A stretch of 63,652 nt of DNA, the filler included, from Octopus bimaculoides (lineage: Eukaryota), in NCBI RefSeq assembly GCF_001194135.2. It is 9 parts of 9 records of this genome, joined end to end, with 100 filler letters (N's around TTAATTAATTAA, not from the genome) between each part and the next. Parts side by side here need not be neighbours in the genome. Positions count along the whole stretch, not along the records: positions 49,153 to 54,457 come from NW_026400370.1; positions 54,558 to 57,638 come from NC_068986.1; positions 57,739 to 59,910 come from NC_068992.1; positions 60,011 to 63,652 come from NC_068984.1; 5 more parts are not named here. The stretch is one strand, 5' to 3'. Both the position numbers and the translations under genes were made by a program. The notes below the pieces were generated by a model that saw nothing but the letters and a program-made list of their open reading frames with translations, ran no database searches and was not told the origin of the DNA. Below are positions 51,623 to 62,229 of this stretch, piece by piece (the first letter of the stretch is position 1; each line of letters begins with the position of its first letter).

Positions 51623-52768
51623 CTGCATTACAAAAGGGGCACGTTTGGAAATAATATATGATGTGGCTGATGCCTCAGATGAAAATGATGCTGGAGATGA
51701 TGATGAAGATCGTGATGATTCTGCTGATAACGATGATAACGATGTAGATGATGAAAAATATGGTGATGATCGTGATGATTATGATGAGGATGATGGTAAT
51801 GATGATGATGATGAAGCTGATGTTGACGATCAGGATGGTGATTATGATGTTGATGGATGAAGATAGAGTCTATGTTAATGATGGCTATGATGATAACGAT
51901 GATAAAAGTTGATAAAGATGAATAAGACCATGATGATAATGTTGAATGCTCATGATGAAGATGATGATAATGATGACGCTCATGTCGATGATGATAAAGA
52001 TGCAAATGATGATGATGAAAATCCCGATGATGATAATGATTAGGATAAAATAATGATTATACTGATGAAGAAAAAGCCGATGATGGAGATAATAATGATG
52101 AGGAGTAGGGGGGATTATGATGAAGATGATGATGATAGACATGGTCATGATGATGACAATGATGATGAGGAAACAATTGCAACGCTGATCAGGACAACAA
52201 TGAAGATGATGATGGGAATGGAGACGACACTAATGATTATAATATTATGATAAATGACGAATGAAGGAGAATCGAAAAAAAGGTGAAGAATAAGAAAAAA
52301 GGACAGAAGAAGAAGAAGAAGAAGGTTAAAAGGAAGAGGATGGAGGAGAAGAAGGAGGAGCTATGGAAGAAGAAGAAAAAGAAGAAGAACGAGAAGAAGA
52401 AGAAGGAGAAGAATAATAATAAGAAGAAGACTAAAAGGAAGAAGGAGGAGCTATGGAAGAAGAAGAAGAAGAACGAGAATAATAATAAAAAGAAGAAGAC
52501 TAAAAGGAAGAAGGAGGAGCTATGGAAGAAGAAGAAGAAGANNNNNNNNNNNNNNNNNNNNNNNNNNNNNNNNNNNNNNNNNNNNNNNNNNNNNNNNNNN
52601 NNNNNNNNNNNNNNNNNNNNNNNNNNNNNNNNNNNNNNNNNNNNNNNNNNNNNNNNNNNNNNNNNNNNNNNNNNNNNNNNNNNNNNNNNNNNNNNNNNNN
52701 NNNNNNNNNNNNNNNAATATGAAGATGGTAATGATGAAGCATATTCTGATGAATATTATGCTGCTGAA

Positions 52769-53078
52769 GTGGAGGCGCAATGGCCCAGTGGTTAGCGCAG
52801 CGGACTCGCGGTCATAGGATCGCGGTTTCGATTCCCAGACCGGGCGTTGCGAGTGTTTATTGAGCGAAAACACCTAAAGCTCCTCGAGGCTCTGGCAGGG
52901 GATGGTGGCGAACCCTGCTGTACTCTTTCACCACAATTTTCTCTCACTCTTTCTTCCTGTTTCTGTTGTGCCTGTAATTCAAAGGGTCAGCCTTGTCACA
53001 CTGTGTCACGCTGAATATCCCTGAGAACTACGTTAAGGGTACACGTGTCTGTGGAGTGCTCAGCCACTTGCATGTTAA
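52769..53078 (+). mobile_element. SINE family C inserted in the LRR array intron
   Basis: tRNA-like head GGAGGCGCAATGGCCCAGTGGTTAGCGCAGCGGACTCGCGG...GGTTTCGATTCCC. The body matches 38875-39152. Confidence 0.9.
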
Positions 53079-53126
53079 TTATATCGTGAGTGAAAGAGTG
53101 TGAAGAAAACAGAAGAGGCAACTTAC

Positions 53127-53198
53127 AATGTTGTCAAATTGTAGAGATTTGCAAACGCTCCATCACTGATGTCTGTAATTTGATTCCCGGCAAGATTT
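53127..53198 (-). CDS. 72-nt LRR exon E2: (L)NLAGNQITDISDGAFANLYNLTT(L)
   Basis: ccttttataatgcAG|A AAT CTT GCC ... ACA ACA TT|GTAAGT. Phase 2 at both ends, open frame. Confidence 0.9.
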
Positions 53199-54243
53199 CT
53201 GCATTATAAAAGGGAAAAGATTAGAAATGATATAGAATAGTTTCGTGATACAATATTCAATATTGAGTGATAAGAGTTAGAGGAATATGGAGATTAATTA
53301 GGAGGATGAGGAAGAACGGAATATGAAGATGGTGATGATGAAGAAGATTCTGAAGAAGATTATGCTGATGATGATGATTATGACGGTGATCTTGATGATG
53401 GTAATGGTGACAATGATGACCATGATGATGGTGACAATGATGGTGTTGATGAAGATGTAGTTGATGATGAGAATGATTATGATGTTGAGGACGTTGATGA
53501 TTATGATAATCTGTTCGTTTTGATGAGAGTGTTGCTTATGATGAAAGTGGTGGTGGAAATGGTGAGGATAATGATGATGATGATAATGATAATGATGATG
53601 AAGTTCGTATTGATGATAATAATGATGACGATGATTATGTTTTAGATGATGAAACTGACGTGGATGATGAAGATCGTGATCATTAAGATGATGATGATGA
53701 TGATGATAATGATGAAGTTGATGAAGATGAGTGAGCTCGTGACGATGATGATGTTGATCTTGGTTACTATGGTGATGATAAACACGATGACAATGATACT
53801 GATGACAAAGATACAAATGATGATGACGATGATGATGATAATGATGCCGATCATGACGAAGATCGTCATGATGATAATAATAATGATGATGATGAGGATT
53901 ATGACGAAGATTATGATGATAATGATTAAAATGATGATGATCATAGACATGGTCATGATAATGAGAATGCTGCTTCTGATTATAATGATGATGAAATGTT
54001 AATGCTGATTATGACAATCAAGAAGATGATGATGGTAGTGAAGATGATGATGATCATAATATTGTGATAAATATCAAGTGAAGAAGAAGAAAGGAGAGAA
54101 GAAAAAGAAGAAGAAGAAGAAGAAAGCTGATTACATATGTCTTATTTACGTGAATGAGACAAATCGGTAAATGATTTAATATTAAACATTGAGAATTATA
54201 TCGTGAGTGAAAGAGTCTGAAGAAAACAGAAGAGGCAACTTAC

Positions 54244-54315
54244 AATCTTTCTAAACTGTAGAGATTTGCAAACGATCCATCTTTGATGTCGGTAATTTGA
54301 TTGTAGGAAAGAGAT
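54244..54315 (-). CDS. 72-nt LRR exon E1: (L)SLSYNQITDIKDGSFANLYSLER(L)
   Basis: ttctaatcttctcccttttataatgcAG|A TCT CTT TCC ... GAA AGA TT|GTAAGT. Has a CTAAT branch-like motif. Phase 2 at both ends, open frame. Confidence 0.9.
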
Positions 54316-54557
54316 CTGCATTATAAAAGGGAGAAGATTAGAAATAATATAGAATAGTTTCGTGATACGATATTCAATATTGAGTGATAAGAGTTAGAGG
54401 AATATGGAGAATAATTAGGAGGATGAGGAAGAACGGAATATGAAGATGGTGATGATGNNNNNNNNNNNNNNNNNNNNNNNNNNNNNNNNNNNNNNNNNNN
54501 NTTAATTAATTAANNNNNNNNNNNNNNNNNNNNNNNNNNNNNNNNNNNNNNNNNNNN

Positions 54558-54947
54558 GTTGTATGATGCTATATCCCCTTCTATTTCATCAAATGCTTCA
54601 AGTAACTTGTCTCTAAGTCTCTGTCCATTTGCAGGGTCTTTAAGCTTCCATACTCTTCTCCTCCAAGCCGGTCTACTTCTGGGCACCCATATTACCTTGA
54701 TCTCGAAGTCGCTGACTACTAATCTGTGTTGGGGTGTACATTCTTCGCCAGGGAGGGTTTTGGCATTTATAAGCCTCCCTCTTTCTCTATTTCTGGCGAG
54801 GATGTAGTCGATTTGGCTAGAGTGTCTGCCGGATCGGTAGGAGACTAGGTGACAGGCAGGTTTCCTGAAGTTGGTGTTGCAAACCATAAGATCGGTTGCA
54901 TCACAGAACTCCAGCAGTCTGGTTCCCTCCTCATTGCGGGAACCGAA
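54558..54947 (-). mobile_element. RTE-clade LINE, APE endonuclease fragment (5'-truncated)
   Basis: FGSRNEEGTRLLEFCDATDLMVCNTNFRKP..HLVSYRSGRHSSQIDYIL...QHRLVVSD. Confidence 0.9.
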
Positions 54948-54990
54948 AATAATAATAATCTTTATAATAATAACCTTAATAATAATAATA

Positions 54991-55173
54991 TTTTCTAAAC
55001 AAGGCACAAAGCCTGAAATTTTGAGAGTGGGGTGGGCTAGTCAATTACTTCAGCCCCAGTGCTCAGCTGGTATTTATTTTATCAACCCTGTTTGAACTCA
55101 GAATGTAAAGCCAGAAGAAATGTTGTGAAGCATTTTGTCCAGCATGCTAAGAATTCTGCCAGTTCACTGCCTT
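54991..55173 (-). mobile_element. SINE family B
   Basis: Reverse-complement SINE B with an internal deletion. Confidence 0.8.
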
Positions 55174-56639
55174 AATAATTTCAATTCCTGGACCAGGTGA
55201 CACATAGTGTTCTGGAGCAAAACACTTCATTTCACGTTGCTCCAGTCCACTCAGCTGGCAAAAATGAGTAATCCTGCAACGGACCAGCATCCCATCCAGG
55301 TGAGGAACATATACGCCATTGAAACCAGGAAACTGGTCCTCATGAGCCTGGCATGGCTCGAGAAGAAAACTACCTTAGTAAGAATAAATAATGGATGTCA
55401 GTAGTTGGTGGCCCTAAAAGGAGGTGAGAGAACGATGACTGTAAATATATGAAGGATAATATTGCTCATATATATGGTGTGGTGCTTTCATTCATCGATC
55501 TGTCAACTAAATTTCATCTGGGATAAGGATAAATCTATCTGCTTGATAAGCTAACAGACACTCCATGATATTTTCTTTCAGTTGCATCTCCGTAATCAGG
55601 CCATACCCCTCCATCTTGCTGGTACTACTACTGCTGCTGCTGTTTTTGTTATTGCTGTTGTTGTTTGTTATAATCTGTACTCATTGCCGACTACTACCAC
55701 CACCACTGAAAGATATAAAAAAATATGTTTGTGTTTAATTACACCTCTGATAATCTCTAGTTCACCCTTTCATCTTTATCTTTGAATATTTTGTCTGCTT
55801 GTTAAGCTTAGGTAAACTCCCCAAAACTCTCGACAATATCTCTATGATCAAGCCATACTGTGTCACTACTCCTTTACTCTTACATCTTCCACTGTAATAT
55901 ATATACAGTTTGTATTCCTTCCTCTTTTAAATCCTCAGCACAACCCTTCTTTCCAATAAATCCACTGCAAAAATATTCCCCACTCTCTTTCTCATTTGCC
56001 CTCACTTTCTCTCCCTCTATCACTTTCTCTCTTCCACCTTATTCAATCTCCCTTTTTCCCTACCACTCTCTTTTCATTTATTTCTCTTCTGCAATTCATC
56101 AAACAACAAACCACATCTAATATTTAATTCTAATCACTGTTGCCATTCTTTTTGTTCCTCCAATTTTCCAGAAAACCGAAAAAAAACAAAAAAAGCATAG
56201 ATATTCTATCTCAACTGATGACTGACAAATAAAGATTGTTGGTTACCCTATCAGAAATAGCAAGCAAATCTCACTCAAATTACACTCTTTTAGTTTTAAA
56301 GGAGAATGAGATATTCGTATATTGTATTTGATACACTGTACCTTAAAAAATATAGGAAGATCATAAATGGAACACTTTTTATCACAGGTTTTCTCAAACA
56401 AGACTGACATGGCACTGAACATCAACAACAACAGTTATATGTTTAACAATGTCTTTCATATATTCTATCGAATTTGGGTTCAAATAAGTTAATACTCCCT
56501 GTCTATTCCACTATTCCACAATAAAATGTTTATCTCATCCCTACAATAATGGAAAGAATATATTAGAAAGCATTATTAAATGTTTCTGTGTGTGTGTGTG
56601 TGTGTCCCCTTGGTTGTATGTGTGTGTCTGTCCATGGTT

Positions 56640-56677
<38 letters not shown>

Positions 56678-57556
56678 CTTGGTTGTATGTGTGTGTCTGT
56701 CCNNNNNNNNNNNNNNNNNNNNNNNNNNNNNNNNNNNNNNNNNNNNNNNNNNNNNNNNNNNNNNNNNNNNNNNNNNNNNNNNNNNNNNNNNNNNNNNNNN
56801 NNNNNNNNNNNNNNNNNNNNNNNNNNNNNNNNNNNNNNNNNNNNNNNNNNNNNNNNNNNNNNNNNNNNNNNNNNNNNNNNNNNNNNNNNNNNNNNNNNNN
56901 NNNNNNNNNNNNNNNNNNNNNNNNNNNACCACCGACCTTCACTTTCCACAAGCACTCATTCTCTTATAACTCTCTTTCCACCCCCACCCCTTACACACAT
57001 TTCTTGTCCTCTCAACAACAAAAAAAAAACACAAAGCCAAAGAAAAGCAAAAAAAAAAAAACAAAGCAAAACAAATCAACAAAATTCAATCATGAAATAT
57101 CGATAATTAAATGCATCAATACACATACTGTACCTATTTTAGTGCAGTTGCAATATTAGCTGCAATCTAAGGATGCAGCAGCAGATATTTCAAACATTTG
57201 ACCATTAATGGAATATCAGTAAATATTCCAAACAACATGTCTGCATATTGGAAGCAGAGTGGGTGAGAAAGAATTTTGATGTGAAAACCAGCACAACAAG
57301 ATTTGATTTGTGCTGCTAATAATAATAACGGCTAGAGCCATCTCTTCAGGTCATAGGAAATAGTTGAATGATTTATGTCATTTGTGTCTGCTCTCTGTAG
57401 AGGCTGCGAGTGTTAGCTTTGATTTCTTTTACTTGTCTCAGTTATTGGACAGCAGCCATGCTGGAACAATATGTCTTGAGGGCTTTTAGTCAAACAAATC
57501 AACCCCAGAACTTATATATATACATACATACATACATATGTATAAATACATATTTA

Positions 57557-57589
<33 letters not shown>

Positions 57590-57594
57590 ATACA

Positions 57595-57638
<44 letters not shown>

Positions 57639-57738
57639 NNNNNNNNNNNNNNNNNNNNNNNNNNNNNNNNNNNNNNNNNNNNTTAATTAATTAANNNNNN
57701 NNNNNNNNNNNNNNNNNNNNNNNNNNNNNNNNNNNNNN

Positions 57739-58113
57739 GAATCTGAAGACGAAAACAATACCTATTGTCATAGGTGCCCTGGGAATGACAGCGAAACGGG
57801 CTGATTACTACCTAGATCAGATTCCAGGAAACCCCAAAATGGCTGAAGTTCAAAAGATAGTACTCATGGGAACTGCCCATATCCTACGTAAAATACTGTC
57901 TATGTGATCTCAAATTTTAAAGCAAACACATAATTTTCTTATGGTTTCTTAAACATTCACTTGAACAAAACTGTACAAATCCAAATATATGGTACCCTAG
58001 GCATAACACCTACATGAACTTCTAACTTGTTGTCTCTTGAGGTCTCTGGGTGAGACTTGGATCCAACTTGTACAAATGCAAAACAAAAGTCATATATAAA
58101 ATAATAATAATAA
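57739..58113 (+). mobile_element. Dong/R4-like 3' end: RLE C-terminus, 3' UTR and (AAT)n tail
   Basis: NLKTKTIPIVIGALGMTAKRADYYLDQIPGNPKMAEVQKIVLMGTAHILRKILSM*, with the stop at 57905-57907. Confidence 0.88.
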
Positions 58114-58115
58114 AA

Positions 58116-59910
58116 AGACCCTAAAGAAAAAGGAGAAGATAATGACCCTAGGGAAAACAGCCAAGAAAATGATGTCGAAACAGAATTTGAAGACCACATA
58201 TTTGCTGAACAACACAGAAAATATTTCATTGAAATGAAGCAGGAAGTTCTGAATGAGCTTGCAGTTGTAGGGCATACAAATATGAATTAAAGGGAACCAC
58301 TCCATAAACTCCCAAATGCACACCAACATAAAACGCAAATAACAATTGGCAACTGTGTTACACAAGAGATCATACAACAACTAAAACCCGACCTTAATAA
58401 ATTAAATAAAAATATTTACTCTGTTGCTAAGGTAATTGAAAGACGCTGTTTAACACCCAAAAAACCAACAATACCAAATTCGAAACGAAAATCAAACTGG
58501 AGTAGAATTGAAACTGAGATTGAATCGTTGCGAAGGGAGATATCAATATTAACTGAGCTAATCTCTGGAAATGATATAAGATCAAGAAAAAGCAGGAAGA
58601 TCGTGAGAAAATATGGTCTCTCAACAAGAGAAGAACTAATGTCAGCGAATGAAACACTGAAACAGAAAGTTCAAGCGAAGGCTCAGAGAATACGCAGATT
58701 TGAGAAAAGAATCAGATTCTACAGGCAAAATAAGATGTTCAAATCCAATGCCAAATCATTTTACAGGGAAATAGGGAAAGAAAAAATAACCATTGGAAAC
58801 CCACCCCCAATGGAAGAAGTTGAAAACTTTTGGAAAGGGATCTGGTGTGATGAGAAACCATACAATGAAAATACAGACTGGATCAAACGCACCCAAGATG
58901 CCTACAAAAATCTACAAGAACAGGTATGGGAAGACATCTCAATCGCTGACCTAAGGAGGACACTAACGAAGGCTCATAAGTGAAAATCCCCTGGTACTGA
59001 TAGAGTACCAAATTTCTGGCTCTCATCACTCTCGTCCGCACACAAAATCTTAGTAATACTATTTAATAGTATTATGAAAGACCCAGAAAAAACTCCCGAT
59101 TGGATGGCAAATGGTATTACTTACCTCCTCCCGAAAAATAACGAAACTAAAGATCTAAAAAACTACCGGCCTATAACATGTTTGTCTACTACCTATAAGA
59201 TTTTGACATCTATTCTAGTGGAGAAAACATATACGTTTATGGAAGAGAATAACCTCTTTCCCACTGAACAAAAAGGATGCAGACGAGCCTCATACGGATG
59301 CAAAGATCAGCTATTAATTAATCGCATGATCCTTGAGAACTGTCATAACAAGCGCAGAAATCTCAGCTCTTCATGGATTGATTATAAAAAAGCCTTTTGA
59401 CGGCATACCACATTCGTGGATTCTGAAATCGCTGGACATTTTCAAAATTTCTCCTGTGATTTCAGATTTTTTAAAGTATAATACGTCACTATGGAACACG
59501 AAGCTGCAATTATGTCATTCTAATGGAGTATTGCACTCAAACAATGTTAACATAAACTGTGGCATTTTCCAAGGTGACTCGCTTTTACCATTAATTTTCT
59601 GCATAGCACTAATACCACTCTCAAGTGAACTGAATAGAACAGGGTATGGCTACAAAATTGACAACAGGAAAATAAGCCATCTATTTTATATGGATGATTT
59701 AAAGCTTTATGGCAAAGATGATGAAGAGCTTCAAGGACTATTACATACTGTGAAAGGATTCAGTGATGATATCGGGATGGAGTTTGACCTTCAAAAGTGT
59801 GCCAAAGCCACTTTTAAGAAAGGGAAACTGGTAAAGTCAAGTTCAATAGAATTAGATGTCGAAACAATAATAAAAGAACTTGAGCAGGAATAAACCTATA
59901 AATACCTAGG
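58116..59910 (+). mobile_element. Dong/R4-like non-LTR retrotransposon, 5'-truncated, RT domain (pseudogenised)
   Basis: NYRPITCLSTTYKIL, EQKGCRRASYGCKDQLLIN, WIDYKKAF/DGIPHSW, GIFQGDSL.PL.F, HLFYMDDLKLY and KYLG. Stops at 58288, 58981 and 59891, and a frameshift near 59398. Confidence 0.93.
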
Positions 59911-60289
59911 NNNNNNNNNNNNNNNNNNNNNNNNNNNNNNNNNNNNNNNNNNNNTTAATTAATTAANNNNNNNNNNNNNNNNNNNNNNNNNNNNNNNNNN
60001 NNNNNNNNNNATGTATGTATGTATGTATGTGTATGTATGCATGTATGTATGTGTGCTTGTATGTATGTATGTATGTGTGCATGTATGTATGTATGTATGT
60101 ATGTATGTGTATGTATGTGTATGTATGTATGTGTGTGTGTATGTATGTGTATGTATGTATGTGTGTGTGTATGTATGTATGTATGTATGTGCAGATTTGT
60201 ATGTTTTGTCTTATGTATGTATTCTCATGCATATAGTTATATGTATGTATGTGTGTATGTATGTATGTATGTATATTTACGTATGTGTG

Positions 60290-60507
60290 TCTTCGTGGTT
60301 TGTGTTTGTCCTTCACCACCGCTTGACAACTGGTGCTTGTGTGTTTACGTCCCCGTTAACTAGCAGTTCAGCGAAAAGAAACCGATGAAATAAATACCAG
60401 ACTTAAAAAAGGATAAGTACGGGAGTCGATTCATTCGACTAAGAATAATTCTCCAAGACAGTGCTCCAGCATGACCGTAGTCTGATGACTGAAACAAGTA
60501 AAAGATA

Positions 60508-60510
<3 letters not shown>
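60290..60510 (+). mobile_element. SINE family A 3' half
   Basis: cgcttgacaac...tgtgtttacgtcccc...gctccagcatgacc...gactgaaacaagtaaaaga. Confidence 0.85.
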
Positions 60511-60553
<43 letters not shown>

Positions 60554-60786
60554 NNNNNNNNNNNNNNNNNNNNNNNNNNNNNNNNNNNNNNNNNNNNNNN
60601 NNNNNNNNNNNNNNNNNNNNNNNNNNNNNNNNNNATATATATGTATATATATATATATACGGTTAATGAGAAACGGAAGATTGAAGATACGAGAGTTTTT
60701 ATTAATCTCATTAACCAAATGCACAAAGAAACAATGCGAAAGTGATCGTGGTTTACTACCAGGCATAAACCATTCGTTTTATTATC

Positions 60787-60840
<54 letters not shown>

Positions 60841-62113
60841 CAACAAGAGCACTCAGAGCGCACAAACCTCCGCCCAGGCAACACCAACGTCTTCTCAACG
60901 ATTAGCCGGAGTTGATTTTTGAAATGATAATATCTGAAATAATCTCAACTGCTCTCACAAACAAGAATACTAAAAATGAACCTGCCCACTCTCAAAAATT
61001 AAGTAAAAAAACCGAAAAAACCATCCAGAAATCTAATCCGTTTGTGCCAGTTACGAGGCCAACCAACCCTGAAAGTTTCATACGAGGCCAACCAAACCCT
61101 GAAAATTTCATCCAGTGGTTCTTGAAACAAACAAAGACGACTGAAAAACGACACCTCCGCCTTCTCTAAGAATAGTAATAATAATAATAATGATAGGCTT
61201 TCGATCTTAACTGATTGGAAGTGTTATCATGTACATTGTTTTGTCTTGGTATAAAAGATGCGCTACAGCAAATATTCTGCTCAATACCACAGATTTGCTT
61301 GTCAGTATCTTGCCCTTAACAAGTTGAGCATGTTCCTTGACGGCTGACGTTATGGGAATTTCTGATCGCTAGCAGAAGTAGTGGGAGAGCATCATAGCCT
61401 TGTGTTGAGAGGAATTCTTTGGTGTTTGAATAATACACCTCTGGAAACTTGGGTCTTTTGTTCATCCTTAAACAAACATTATTCAGGGACCTTTTTAGCA
61501 GGATGGGGTACTCAATCTGAAGAAAATTCTAACTGGGTCCCACCTGCAAGTTCATACGCCGTTTATCTTGATATGAGATCAACATATCGCGCACTTATGT
61601 TTGTGATGCATGTGCCTGGTGTACCCTTATCAGACGGGTAGTCATGATGGGTATATTGGGCTTCGTATATTTTTACCCCAGCGTCACTTAGATGGCATGC
61701 ACTGCTCTCTCACTCAATAATAGTAATAATATATAAATCGCAGAATAATAAAAAGAAACTTCTTGGTACACTATTATCAGGTCATCCCATAAGTTCTGTC
61801 CGATTTTACCTTTTTTAAAATTGAATGAAATTTAATAGTATTTTAATAGGATAAATGAAATGTTCCGTAATGTATAAATACGCATGCGTGCTGGAGATAG
61901 CAAAAGAGAAAGAGAGTGTCGTATGCACAGCCATATATTATACAGTGTCGTAGAAGAAGAGATATCGTCGGATTACGTGTTGGTGATTTGAAGAGATGGT
62001 GAATGAATATACAATAAGTCCGCAACTACATTAAAACATCATAACACAAACCCATTTATTCTTTCTTAATCTGCTCTCTATTCCCGCTATCTTCTTTCGC
62101 TCTCTCTCTTCTT

Positions 62114-62168
<55 letters not shown>

Positions 62169-62229
62169 CCTCCATTTCTCTGTCTCTCTCCCCCTTTCTC
62201 TCTCTGTGTTGTCTCACCCAATAAAATTG

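Larger units (their letters stand above)
49200..54457 (-). repeat. Tandem array of intron-exon-intron units, each with an (ATC)n block, acceptor flank, LRR exon, donor flank and (TTC)n block
   Basis: The conserved forward module aattatatcgtgagtgaaagagtctgaagaaaacag(aag)aggcaacttac recurs at about 50255, 50510, 51505, 53080 and 54195. Confidence 0.92.

Noticed and set aside
52769-52845. tRNA-like heads at 52769, 39152 and 62679
   Set aside because: They lack a complete cloverleaf and continue into SINE bodies, so they are SINE promoters rather than tRNA genes.
49159-54002. Poly-His/Ile/Met/Asp/Lys/Phe ORFs listed in the ORF track
   Set aside because: They are read-throughs of the intronic (GAT)n/(GAA)n blocks. 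The real coding signal is in the 72-nt exons.
49200-54457. CRISPR-like reading of the repeat/spacer periodicity
   Set aside because: The sequence is eukaryotic, the units are about 1 kb, the conserved parts are splice flanks, and there are no cas genes.
56585-56702. Two copies of a roughly 70-bp TG-rich unit before a gap
   Set aside because: It is an ordinary minisatellite truncated by the gap, with no further structure visible.
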